The notes under the pieces were generated by a model, which was not told the DNA's origin, searched no databases, and was given only the letters and a program-made list of their open reading frames with translations. This document shows positions 9,968 to 18,964 of a stretch of 64,000 bases of DNA, piece by piece. This DNA comes from Dehalococcoidia bacterium (lineage in GTDB: Bacteria > Chloroflexota > Dehalococcoidia > SHYB01): NCBI GenBank assembly GCA_965220155.1, contig OZ244810.1, positions 32,279 to 96,278 on the forward strand, given 5' to 3'. Each line of letters opens with the position of its first letter. Position 1 is the stretch's first letter. A program made the translations under genes and the position numbers.

Positions 9968-10441
9968 TCAGCTACCCGGCCCGCTTGGCACCATGAACCG
10001 GCGCTTGAAGCTCAGGACGCGCCTTCCGTGCTGGTTGGTCACCCTTGTCTCGACCCGGACGACCCCCCGGTCCCCCCTGCTGCGGGAGGGCCGCACCTCG
10101 ATGACAGTCGACTCGGCATAAATCGTGTCGCCGATGAAGACGGGAGCCTCGTGCAGGACCTCGTCATAGTCCAGGTTGGCGAAAGTCGCGCCACTCATGC
10201 CGGGGATACTCAGCCCGACCGCCAGGCTCAGAACGAGCAAGCCATTGACCAGCCGCTGGCCATGCTGCGAACGAGAGGCATATTCGACATCCAGGTGGAG
10301 CGGCTGGTGGTTCATCGTCCACAGGCAGAACGCCTCGTTCGCGGCCTCTGTAATCGTCCGCCCGGGCCAGTGCAGGTGCACCTCGCCCTCCTGGAAGTCC
10401 TCCAGATAGCGTTCGAACCGCTCTCTCCCTGAAATCTGCAT
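9968..10441 (-). CDS. MaoC-like (hotdog fold) dehydratase
   Basis: Start at MQISGRERFE inside track ORF 9968..10795, giving a hotdog-fold domain of about 157 aa. Confidence 0.8.
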   Translation of the reverse strand: MQISGRERFERYLEDFQEGEVHLHWPGRTITEAANEAFCLWTMNHQPLHLDVEYASRSQHGQRLVNGLLVLSLAVGLSIPGMSGATFANLDYDEVLHEAPVFIGDTIYAESTVIEVRPSRSRGDRGVVRVETRVTNQHGRRVLSFKRRFMVPSGPGS

Positions 10442-10735
10442 TGGGCCTCTCCACGGGTGGACTCTGGGCGAACGCGGGGCCGTCCGACGCCCCGGGGCCC
10501 CGCGCCGGCCTTCCAGCGGGACCCCAGGAGTATAAGCGCTCGCCCGGGGACTCAGACATCGGCGGCGCCCATGCCATCGGATGCGCAGGACGAGGCCAGC
10601 AGCCGCTACCGGGTCGCAGGCCGGACAGGCCCGACACAGCGCGTGGTACGCGCCCGATATAATGGAGTTTGGGCCACCCAGGAATGCTACTTGATTACCG
10701 ACCGCTCGAAGGCACAGTCGAAGCCGGCCGCCAAG

Positions 10736-11329
10736 ATGGTCCGCGAGGTCCTCACGACGCTGGCTCTCGCCGGCCTTGTGTTCTTTCTGGTCCACTCGAC
10801 GCTCCGGAACTTCCAGGTGGAGGGGTTCAGCATGGAGCCAACCCTGGACGACGGGCAGCTCCTGCTGATCAATAAGGCGGTATACTCGCGTTACAACGTG
10901 AGCGGTTGGGTCCAGAGCCTACCGTTCATGGACCGCGACGGCGACGGGGTCGTCGAGCCTTTTCACCCTCCCCGGCGGGGCGAGGTAGTCGTTCTCCGTT
11001 CACCCGAGAAGGGAAGCCGTAACCTGATCAAACGGATCATCGCGGTCCCCGGCGACGTCATCGAGATCAGGGGCGGCGCCGTCTCGGTCAATGGGCAGCG
11101 TCTGGATGAATCCGCGTACGTCGACCGGCCGGGAACGTTCTCCCTGGGGGCCGCGACTGTGCCCGAAGAGCAGTACTGGGTGATGGGGGACAACAGGACC
11201 GGCAGCAGCGATTCGCGCTTGTTTGGTCCAGTCCCACGGGAGAATATCGTGGGCAAGACTTGGCTGTCCTACTGGCCCCTGAGCCAGTTCGGGTTCGTGG
11301 GGGGTCATTCGTCGTTCACGGGTGGGTGA
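10736..11329 (+). CDS. lepB: Signal peptidase I
   Basis: N-terminal TM segment followed by the GFSMEPTL catalytic-Ser box, then KRIIAVPGD and GDNR box-E motifs. An alternative in-frame TTG start at 10691 is possible. Confidence 0.8.
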   Translation: MVREVLTTLALAGLVFFLVHSTLRNFQVEGFSMEPTLDDGQLLLINKAVYSRYNVSGWVQSLPFMDRDGDGVVEPFHPPRRGEVVVLRSPEKGSRNLIKRIIAVPGDVIEIRGGAVSVNGQRLDESAYVDRPGTFSLGAATVPEEQYWVMGDNRTGSSDSRLFGPVPRENIVGKTWLSYWPLSQFGFVGGHSSFTGG

Positions 11330-11351
11330 GCAGCGTCCGCATTCGGGGCAT

Positions 11352-11423
11352 GGGCCGGTAGCTCAGTGGTAGAGCACCTGACTTTTAATCAGGGTGTCGC
11401 GGGTTCGATCCCCGCCCGGCTCA
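11352..11423 (+). tRNA. tRNA-Lys (anticodon UUU)
   Basis: Cloverleaf read by hand. Acceptor stem GGGCCGG/CCGGCTC (one G-U pair), D-arm GCTC-AGTGGTA-GAGC, anticodon stem-loop CCTGA-CTTTTAA-TCAGG, T-arm GCGGG-TTCGATC-CCCGC, discriminator A. Followed by a T6 run. Confidence 0.85.
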
Positions 11424-11657
11424 CTTTTTTCGCCTACGTGTACTGTAGTAAGAACTCGGTCGCGATGGCGTGGTGCCCACCACCCTCTAAACCATAGTCG
11501 CCCCCTCGCCGTTGGAGGCATAGGGCGCGACGTTCCGCCCAAGAGCTACACCACCCTGGCCCACGCTGGCTGAGGGCGGTTGCAGTAAACTTGTAACTAT
11601 GCTAGGCTAACTGTATAGACGCTGGGCTCAATTGTTCAGACACAAAGGGGAACTTGG

Positions 11658-12926
11658 ATGACCAGCCGCGCGATTGAAGAAGCGGAACTGCTTCGCATGA
11701 GGGTGCAACTAGCAATGGCATTCTCCCCATCCGCACCGGTCGGGAGTATTGAGTTGTTTGCCGGACGGATGGAGGAAATACGCCAGAGCGTATCCGCAGT
11801 GAGTCAGCAAGGACAACATGTGATCCTGTTCGGTGAGCGTGGTGTTGGTAAGACGTCGCTGGCGGGGTTAGTTCATGAGTTCTGGAGCGATATGGCCAAA
11901 GACCGAAGCGCCGTCTTTCCTGTGCGATACAACTGTGACCGCGCTGACACCTACAGGACAATATGGGCCAATATATCCGAGAGTATCAGAGATGGGTTTG
12001 AAGCGAGAGGGGAGAGCCCACCCAAAGGCGAGTCCTGGGAAGGATTGTACGCTGAGTTGCTCAATGGAGGTGCCTCTCCCCACAGTGTACGTCGGCTGCT
12101 GGACATCGCCAATAAGACCTTCGTCATCGTCATAGATGAGTTCGACCAGATCACCGACAAGGACACTGTTGGGTTGTTCGCCAGCACCATCAAGAATATG
12201 TCCGACAACCTCAGCCAGTCGACCTTGATTTTGGTGGGTGTGGCTGACACGGTAGAAGAACTAATCGAGGATCATGCGTCAATTGATCGTGCGCTGATAC
12301 AAATCCTGATGCCGCGCATGAAGGAGCACGAACTGACGGAGATAATCCGAAAGGCCTATAAACGCATTGGTCTAAGTACTGCACACCATATCCTGGATTA
12401 TATGGGACGTCTTGCCCAAGGCCTTCCTCACTATGCCCATAGATTCGGGCAAGAGGCAGGAGTTGCTGCTATTGAACGAGAGAGTCTGACGGTCGAGAAG
12501 CAGGATGTGGACGAGGCCATTCGCAAGGCAATCAACCAAACAAACGAGACGATTCGGTCTGCGTATCAGCGAGCCACAACCAGCCCACAGAAGGACGCCC
12601 TCTTCAAGGAGGTACTGCTTGCTTGTGCTCTTGCCAATGGTGACGAGCTCGGCTACTTCGCAGCTGGTGACATAAGAAATCCTCTGAATCGGGTCACCCA
12701 GAGGCAATACGCAATACCGCAGTTTGTTGGTCACCTCAAGAAGTTCGCTTCGCACCGAGGGCCAGTCCTTCAGAGTGTTGGAGAACAGTGGAAACGACGT
12801 TACCGGTTCCATGATCCGCTTATGAGACCCTATGTGGTCTTAACCGGCATCGACTCCGGACTCATTGAAGAGGGAACGATTGAGTTCTTACGACAGCCGG
12901 ACCACAGTCAGCAGCGGTTGTTTTAG
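11658..12926 (+). CDS. AAA+ family ATPase (Orc1/Cdc6-like arch-ATPase type), function unknown
   Basis: Walker A LFGERGVGKTSL and Walker B FVIVIDEFD. Sits in a lower-GC segment directly 3' of tRNA-Lys. AAGGGGAA RBS. Confidence 0.75.
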   Translation: MTSRAIEEAELLRMRVQLAMAFSPSAPVGSIELFAGRMEEIRQSVSAVSQQGQHVILFGERGVGKTSLAGLVHEFWSDMAKDRSAVFPVRYNCDRADTYRTIWANISESIRDGFEARGESPPKGESWEGLYAELLNGGASPHSVRRLLDIANKTFVIVIDEFDQITDKDTVGLFASTIKNMSDNLSQSTLILVGVADTVEELIEDHASIDRALIQILMPRMKEHELTEIIRKAYKRIGLSTAHHILDYMGRLAQGLPHYAHRFGQEAGVAAIERESLTVEKQDVDEAIRKAINQTNETIRSAYQRATTSPQKDALFKEVLLACALANGDELGYFAAGDIRNPLNRVTQRQYAIPQFVGHLKKFASHRGPVLQSVGEQWKRRYRFHDPLMRPYVVLTGIDSGLIEEGTIEFLRQPDHSQQRLF

Positions 12927-13252
12927 TTTCCCCCCTACCTCGCTCGATAGTCGCTCCACCATACATATAGTGGAGACCCCGAACCGCTTGCTTTGTTGTG
13001 AATGTTACCGAAGGAGAGCTTGTAGTCGGACCCGATTCATGAGCCCTATCGATTTCCTGTTCCGTGTCCATGCCTAGTGTCCCGTGTTAGAAGTTCGTTG
13101 CACAAAACAGGGGGCGTCGACACTTCATTCGCCATTACCGCGAAAGCGGTAATCCATTTCGTGCCCGTTTATAAGCCAGGCTGAATAGTACAAGGAACTT
13201 CCGATTCAGGACACTAGTTCATCTCCGCCCAAGCCTTGAGCCGTACTGTCTA

Positions 13253-13618
13253 CTAGACCAAGGGGACAATCTTCGAGCTTCGCATGATGTGGTCGCGCGT
13301 CAGCAAAGGGATGCTGTGCACGAAGCTGGTAGCGGCGATGATTTCGTCCGCCGGATCGCTGCTGAAGTCCAAGCGGGTCGAAGCGCGTGCAACGGCTAGG
13401 TCAATCGGCCACACGTGCAGTCGGCTCAGGATGCGTACCACCTCCCGGTCGTCAAGGTCCATATCCAACCGGCCGAGTTGAATGAGCTTGGCCAGCTCCC
13501 ACAACACAATGGACGAAATGGACCATCTGTTCCTGGCTAACAGGCTTTGCTCTTGGGGTCGAAGCTCGCCACCGAGCGCGAAGATGAGAATGTGTGTGTC
13601 AAGATTGAGCATCGGCAC
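13253..13618 (-). CDS. vapC: Type II toxin VapC (PIN domain)
   Basis: PIN signature: LDTHILIF (first Asp), ...WEL..., C-terminal LLTRD. Overlaps the upstream antitoxin by 20 nt. Confidence 0.8.
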   Translation of the reverse strand: MPMLNLDTHILIFALGGELRPQEQSLLARNRWSISSIVLWELAKLIQLGRLDMDLDDREVVRILSRLHVWPIDLAVARASTRLDFSSDPADEIIAATSFVHSIPLLTRDHIMRSSKIVPLV

Positions 13619-13823
13619 CCCAGTGGAGGCCGGTCGTGAATACGCTGCCTCTAATCTTCAACTTGTGCCGTAAGCTACCTGTAAGGTCGGCTCCCTGGCT
13701 GTCGTATGGGACGACACGGGCAACAGGCTTGCCGTGCTTCGTGACGATCAGGCCATCGGCGTCGAGCTGATCCAACAGCGCTAAGCATTGTTCCTTGAAC
13801 TTTGCGGCTCCGATCTCTTTCAT
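13599..13823 (-). CDS. Phd/YefM family antitoxin
   Basis: MKEIGAAKFKEQCLALLDQL...GLIVTKHGKPVARVVPY, the Phd/YefM fold. Forms an operon with VapC. Confidence 0.75.
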   Translation of the reverse strand: MKEIGAAKFKEQCLALLDQLDADGLIVTKHGKPVARVVPYDSQGADLTGSLRHKLKIRGSVFTTGLHWGADAQS

Positions 13824-13843
13824 TGCCGTCTCCCTTCGTTATG

Positions 13844-13876
13844 GACATATTATATGTCTAGCCGGTTGATATGTCC
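13844..13876. promoter_or_regulatory. Palindromic operator-like site (GACATAT-T-ATATGTC plus a third half-site ATATGTCC 9 nt downstream) immediately upstream of the antitoxin start
   Basis: Perfect 7-bp inverted repeat read directly at 13844-13858. A matching half-site lies at 13869-13876. Position relative to the TA promoter fits antitoxin autoregulation. Confidence 0.4.
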
Positions 13877-14497
13877 ACTTTGCTTCGCCACTGTCTAACG
13901 CAACAGCGCGGGCCAATAGAGTGTCTGGTCCAAGCCGGACAGGTCGTGCCCCACAACTGGTCGCTGCATCGGGTCCAGGCCTGACGAACTCCATGAGGTA
14001 GCCCTTAGGGTACGATGAGGGTTCCCATTTGCCCCTTGGAGACGGTAACCCGACAGGGAAAGCCCCGGTCCGCCGGCGAACCGGTTTGGCCTTATAGGGG
14101 TGCACAGATGAGCCCCCTTACAAGGGACTATGCCCCCGCTGCCCGGCCTGCCTAAACCTGCAGAGAAGGTCACCCTGGATATCCTCTCCGACTGGCCGTG
14201 GACCACGTCGAGAGACCTCTGCGATCTGTTGGGCGTTGCATGAGCGCGGCTCTCTCCGCCATTGGCGCGCCTTGCGAATGACAACCTCGCCTGCCGTGCG
14301 TCCATGGGGGGCCGCCAGCGCCCTTCCAAGTCAGCCGTCGGACGAATCACCGACTGATTCCCCGTTGTCCAGCGGCCTCGCTCTGTAGAATCATCGGCGA
14401 GGCCAGGGTTGCCGGGGCCGACGGGGAACGTTTTGGCCGCAGTCTGCATACTATCTGATGAACCTGTCTCCAGAGGGAAAGTGATTGGGCGCGCCCC

Positions 14498-15028
14498 GTG
14501 AACGATAAAGAAGCCGTCCAGCGCTGCCAGGACGGCGACCGGGAAGCCTTCCGCCATCTGGTGGAACGATACAAGGACGTTCTCTACGGCACGGCCTATC
14601 TCATGACCGGGAACGCATCCGTCGCCGAAGAGCACGTGCAGGAGTCCTTCCTCTTGGCATGGAGGGGCATAGGGGGCTTTCGCGGCGGGTCGTCCGTAAA
14701 GCCCTGGCTGGTGCGAATCCTGGTGAACACCGTCATGGGTCAGCGGAGGCGCGGATCGATACCCACCGCTCCTCTGGAGGAGGCGACGCACTCGAGCGAT
14801 GCCGGCAATCCTGACGATTTGGCGGAGAGCGTGGCGGACCAGCTGGAGGTGCGACAGGCCATTGCGGCCCTGTCCGAGGAGCACAAGCGGGTGGTCATGC
14901 TCAGGTACTTTACCGACCTGTCCGTGCCCCAGGTGGCGCAGGTCCTGGGATGCCGCGAGGGCACCGTCAAGTCCAGGCTTCACCGTGCGCTGCGGCACCT
15001 GCGAGTGGAGATAGGGAAACAGCCCTGA
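14498..15028 (+). CDS. ECF (sigma-70 family) RNA polymerase sigma factor
   Basis: Sigma-70 region 2 (LYGTAYLMTGNASVAEEHVQESFLLAW) and region 4 (LSVPQVAQVLGCREGTVKSRLHRAL). GTG start. Confidence 0.85.
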   Translation: MNDKEAVQRCQDGDREAFRHLVERYKDVLYGTAYLMTGNASVAEEHVQESFLLAWRGIGGFRGGSSVKPWLVRILVNTVMGQRRRGSIPTAPLEEATHSSDAGNPDDLAESVADQLEVRQAIAALSEEHKRVVMLRYFTDLSVPQVAQVLGCREGTVKSRLHRALRHLRVEIGKQP

Positions 15029-15044
15029 AGGCGGGGGCAATTCG

Positions 15045-16541
15045 ATGACCAGCAACGATACACCAGACCGGGAGATGGAACGAACGCTGGAAGGCTATTT
15101 CGAGGCCGAATCGGCGAGACTTCGTGCGCCCGCCGGCCTGTGGGAAAGGATCGAGGGCATGATGGAGGACCGTTCAGACCCTGAAGGGAACGCGCCGGCC
15201 TGGCAGAGGATCTTCTCGCCGAGGCGATGGGGGCTGGTCCCCGCCTTCGCCACCACGATGGTGCTGCTCCTCGCCGTATCGGGGACGTGGCTCTTCACGG
15301 CGGCGCCCTGGGGGGATGGGGCGCCTGGGGCGCCGCGGCCCCAAGGTACCGACAGCCCCGCACCCGTACCGGCGTCCCAACCCACACCGGCGCCCGCACC
15401 CACAGGCACACCGGCACCCCGCGCACCTGCGGCCGACGACGATTTTCGATTACAAAGGGTTGAGCTAGCTGGACCGGCTGGACCGGCTGGACCGGCTGGA
15501 CCGCAGGGACCGGCTGGAGCGGCTGGAGCGGCTGGTCCAGCCGGCGCACCCGCCGCACTGAGCCTCCGTGTCGCATCCGATGCGGGAGCGTATGTCCCTG
15601 GAGCCCTGGATACGGCCCAGAGACAGGTCATCTCCCAGGCCTCGGTATCCGTGGAAGCGGACGATGTCCCGGCGGCCGTGGCCCAGGTCCGGGCAATCGC
15701 CGAAAGCCTTGGCGGCTTCGTGGGGCAGCTGTCCAGCTCGGGGGGGCCGGAGCGCCAGCAGTCGACCATGACGATACGGGTCCCCCAGGCGGAGTTCTTC
15801 ACCGCCTTGGAGCATATCAAGTCCCTGGGCAAGGTCCGCGGCGAGAACGTCGGCTCCGAGGACGTGACGGAGCGGTTCATCGATCTGGAAGCACGCTTGC
15901 GGAGCGCCCTGCGCGAGGAGGAGAGTCTCATCTCCCTGCTCGAGAAGGCGAACCAGGTGAGCGAGATCCTGGCCATCGAGCGTGAGCTCGCCCGCATCCG
16001 GTCGGATGTCGAGCGATATCAGGGCCAGCTGAGCTTCCTCGAGCGGAGGGTAGACCTGTCCACGATCACCGTATCCCTGTTTCCGCCGGATGCGGAGGTC
16101 GCCGAGCCGCCCTCCGGTTCTCTGACCGTCGAAGTATCCGACGTCTCCAGGAGCGTCGAAGAGATCAAGGCCCGGGTATCCAGGGTGGGCGGCGAGCTGG
16201 ACCGGATATTCGTCGCGGTGCGGGACGGGAAGGAGAGCGCTGAGATGACCTTCCGGGTGTCCTCGAAGGACTTCGAGCAAGTGCTGTCCTCCGTCGAGGC
16301 GCATGGCAAAGTCAGGTCCAAAACGGTTCAGGAGACGACTCCTCCCGCTGAGGGAGAGGCAACGCCCTCCGTGAGGCCGGACGCCCGCATTGTCCTCTCT
16401 TTCGTGGAAAAGGAGTCCTCGGATGTGGGCCGGACCATAGCCATCGCGGCACCCGTCGGCGGAGCCGCACTGGCAGCTCTCTTGGGGCTCCTGCTCTACG
16501 TTACCTATCGGGCTGGGCGCCGCCGCAGCAGCCCGGCCTGA
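15045..16541 (+). CDS. Putative anti-sigma factor with single TM, collagen-like Gly-Pro-Ala repeat and DUF4349-like coiled-coil domain, plus C-terminal TM
   Basis: Starts 17 nt after the sigma factor stop. N-terminal cytoplasmic segment, TM (LVPAFATTMVLLLAVSGTWLF), GPAGPAGPAGPQGPAGAAGAAGPAG, then a coiled-coil (ERFIDLEARLRSALREEESLISLLEKA...) typical of DUF4349, and a C-terminal TM. Confidence 0.7.
   Translation: MTSNDTPDREMERTLEGYFEAESARLRAPAGLWERIEGMMEDRSDPEGNAPAWQRIFSPRRWGLVPAFATTMVLLLAVSGTWLFTAAPWGDGAPGAPRPQGTDSPAPVPASQPTPAPAPTGTPAPRAPAADDDFRLQRVELAGPAGPAGPAGPQGPAGAAGAAGPAGAPAALSLRVASDAGAYVPGALDTAQRQVISQASVSVEADDVPAAVAQVRAIAESLGGFVGQLSSSGGPERQQSTMTIRVPQAEFFTALEHIKSLGKVRGENVGSEDVTERFIDLEARLRSALREEESLISLLEKANQVSEILAIERELARIRSDVERYQGQLSFLERRVDLSTITVSLFPPDAEVAEPPSGSLTVEVSDVSRSVEEIKARVSRVGGELDRIFVAVRDGKESAEMTFRVSSKDFEQVLSSVEAHGKVRSKTVQETTPPAEGEATPSVRPDARIVLSFVEKESSDVGRTIAIAAPVGGAALAALLGLLLYVTYRAGRRRSSPA
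15470..15545. repeat. 9-nt tandem repeat (GGACCGGCT and variants, ~8 units) encoding the collagen-like G-P-A triplets
   Basis: Read directly: ggaccggctggaccggctggaccggctggaccgcagggaccggctggagcggctggagcggctggtccagccggc. Confidence 0.8.
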
Positions 16542-16700
16542 TGCGCCTTTCTCAAGCGTTCGCGCCTGGGATTCAAGCCGAGTCTCCGCCTGGCGAGGTC
16601 CTGCACGACATGGGTTGATCTTCCCTTTATGCTGGTACGAGCCGCTACGCCCTCGGGCTCCAGTCGAACGGGCGAATCAGCGCAAGGAGGGCGGGCCGAA

Positions 16701-17717
16701 ATGTCCTACTACGTCTACATCTCCCTCAGGGACGACGACAGGGTCCTGGTCTTCTCGATGGACCCCGAAAGCGGAAGGCTCGACCTCCGGCACACCGTCG
16801 AGGTCCCCGGTGGTCCGGCGCCGATCGCTCTGTCCCCGGACCAACGGTACATGTACGTCGCGCGGCGGCACGTGACCGAACTCTCCAGCTTCGCCGTCGA
16901 CCACACGACCGGAGCAATCGACCTCATCGGCAGCGCCCCCCTGGAGGGCGACCCAAACTATCTCCGCACCGACCGCAAGGGCAGGTTCCTCTTTTCCGCC
17001 TACTACTTCGCCGGCAAAGCGGCGGTCCATTCCATTGGGGACGACGGCGTGGTCACCGCACCGCCCGTGGAATGGCGCGATACCGCTTTCGGCGCGCACT
17101 GCATGCAGACCGACCCATCCAACAAGTTCGTCTTCGTCACCCACATCGCCGGGCCCAATGCCATCTTCCAGTTCAGGTTCGACGAAGAGACCGGCCGCAT
17201 CACCCCGAACTGGCCGCAGTGGGCCAGCCCCCCGGGGATGGAGGGCCCACGCCATTTCGTGTTTCACCCCACTCTCAATGTCGTCTACACGTCCAATGAG
17301 CAGGGGGGCAGCGCCAGCGCGTACCATTTCGACCCCAACGCGGGGACGCTCGAGGAGTTCCAGACCGTCCCGACCTTGCCCGAGGACTATGAGGGCAATA
17401 ACCTCTGCTCCCAGATACAGCTCACTCCCTCCGGCAAGTTCCTGTACGTGCCCAACCGGGGCCACAACACGATCGCCGGCTTCGCGGTCGACGCCTCCGA
17501 TGGCAGGCTGACCCCCATAGGGCGCGCGCCGGCCGAACCCGTCCCGCGGGCCTTCAGCCTCGACCCGCAAGGCAGTTTTCTGTACGCCGCGGGGATGCTG
17601 TCCGGGCGGCTCACGTCTTACCGGGTGGATGGTTCGACCGGAGAGCTTGAGCCCTTCGAGACCACCCACCTTGGGGCGACGCCGATGTGGGTGATGCCCG
17701 TGCAGTTCGACGTCTAG
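16701..17717 (+). CDS. Lactonase, 7-bladed beta-propeller (6-phosphogluconolactonase / muconate-lactonizing-enzyme-like)
   Basis: Start MSYYVYISLRDDDRVLVFSMDPESGRL with an AAGGAGGG RBS. Repeated propeller blades (FVFVTH..., LYVPNRGHNTIAGFAVD). Confidence 0.8.
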   Translation: MSYYVYISLRDDDRVLVFSMDPESGRLDLRHTVEVPGGPAPIALSPDQRYMYVARRHVTELSSFAVDHTTGAIDLIGSAPLEGDPNYLRTDRKGRFLFSAYYFAGKAAVHSIGDDGVVTAPPVEWRDTAFGAHCMQTDPSNKFVFVTHIAGPNAIFQFRFDEETGRITPNWPQWASPPGMEGPRHFVFHPTLNVVYTSNEQGGSASAYHFDPNAGTLEEFQTVPTLPEDYEGNNLCSQIQLTPSGKFLYVPNRGHNTIAGFAVDASDGRLTPIGRAPAEPVPRAFSLDPQGSFLYAAGMLSGRLTSYRVDGSTGELEPFETTHLGATPMWVMPVQFDV

Positions 17718-17797
17718 TGACCTGAAGCCATCAGCAGGGGCCACGCCGATGCGAGGCGTCTTTCCCGCTCCGGCCGGCCGCACCGACCCGGCAGGCA

Positions 17798-17845
17798 GAT
17801 TGGCTTCGGTCGATTGGCTTCGGTCGATTGGCTTCGGTCGATTGG
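17798..17845. repeat. 14-nt direct tandem repeat GATTGGCTTCGGTC x3.4 in the lactonase-cyclase intergenic region
   Basis: Read directly at 17798-17811, 17812-17825 and 17826-17839, with a partial GATTGG after. Confidence 0.8.
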
Positions 17846-17946
17846 GTGCGTTGGCACCCATCTGCGGCAGCTTCGGGCGGCGACGGGGCTTGTCCACTTC
17901 TGGCGGGACTGCTATAACCACGACAACGCCATTAGGGAGGCGCCTC

Positions 17947-18378
17947 ATGGGAGTCGAGGAGAATCGGGTACTGGGTCAACGGGTGGTGTCGGAGATCTGG
18001 AGCAAGGGCAACCTCGCGGTCGCCGATGAGATCTTGGCGGCGAACTTTGTGCAGCACCGGCCGCCTCCGGATATCCCTCCAACGCGAGATGGGTATAAGC
18101 AGTGGGCCACGGCGTTTCGCACGGCTTTCCCAGACCTGGCCTCCCTGGGGAACGACATCATCGCGGAAGGCGATAAGGTGGTTGTCCGCTGGACCGTCAG
18201 CGGGACCCACAACGGTGACTTCATGGGGACTCCGGCCTCGGGGAACCGTGTGACCGCGACGGGGATCTCCGTGTTCCGAGTCGTGGGCGGCAAGATCGGG
18301 GAGGACTGGACGGAGTTCGACGCGATGGGAATGATGCGGCAGATCGGGGCGATGCCCTCTCAGTCGCCGGGAAGCTGA
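17947..18378 (+). CDS. SnoaL-like ester cyclase
   Basis: Start MGVEENRVLGQRVVSEIWSKGNL with an AGGGAGG RBS. Matches the ester-cyclase/SnoaL family pattern (ADEILAANFVQH...GDKVVVRWTVSGTHNGDFMG). Confidence 0.75.
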   Translation: MGVEENRVLGQRVVSEIWSKGNLAVADEILAANFVQHRPPPDIPPTRDGYKQWATAFRTAFPDLASLGNDIIAEGDKVVVRWTVSGTHNGDFMGTPASGNRVTATGISVFRVVGGKIGEDWTEFDAMGMMRQIGAMPSQSPGS

Positions 18379-18386
18379 GGTCCTCC

Positions 18387-18836
18387 ATGCCTTTGGATCC
18401 AACCCTGCAGGAACTCGCGGACAAGACCGCAATCAGGGACCTGATGGCCCGCTATGCCCGGGGAGTGGACCGCCGCAGATTCGATCTCGTGGCTTCTTGT
18501 TTCACCGCCGACGCGGTTGCCAACTACGGCACGGTTGATGACGTTGGCGTCGAGCAGATCGTGAAGAGGACACGAGGCGTCGAGCGCTTCCATCACACCA
18601 CCCATTTCATGGGCAACCAGAGCATCGATCTCCACGGCGACACGGCTGACGTGGAGACCTATGCGATCGACTACCTCCGGTTTACGAAGGACGGCCGGGA
18701 CTACGACATGTGGGGAGGCCTCCGGTACGAGGACAGCTTCGTGAGGGAGGCCGACGGCTGGAAGATCCGGCGCCGCGTGATGCACACCGACTGGCGCCGA
18801 TACGACCCTGTGACGAAGGACCCTTTCGCGCAGTGA
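18387..18836 (+). CDS. Nuclear transport factor 2 (SnoaL_4-like) family protein
   Basis: IRDLMARYARGVDRRRFDLVASCFTADAV, the typical NTF2-like start. Begins 9 nt after the upstream gene. Confidence 0.7.
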   Translation: MPLDPTLQELADKTAIRDLMARYARGVDRRRFDLVASCFTADAVANYGTVDDVGVEQIVKRTRGVERFHHTTHFMGNQSIDLHGDTADVETYAIDYLRFTKDGRDYDMWGGLRYEDSFVREADGWKIRRRVMHTDWRRYDPVTKDPFAQ

Positions 18837-18964
18837 CCGCCCCTGCTCCCGGAAGGGAGAGGAGGAGCCCGCTCAGCGGCACCCCTGAGAGCGCATCCGT
18901 TCCGTTGGTATCCAAGAGCGTCGGCGCCTGGAAGGGCCCCGACGTGCTCCGGCGCGGCGGAGCG

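Noticed and set aside
11424-14497. Possibility that the tRNA-adjacent islet is an intact prophage or ICE
   Set aside because: No integrase, capsid, terminase, relaxase or type IV secretion genes are present. Only an ATPase and a TA pair remain, so at most a decayed remnant.
13895-15055. 386-aa minus-strand ORF
   Set aside because: Antisense to the ECF sigma factor, with low-complexity translation. Upstream 13.86-14.49 kb appears non-coding.
16677-17948. 423-aa minus-strand ORF
   Set aside because: Antisense to the beta-propeller lactonase gene, which has a strong RBS and clear family motifs.
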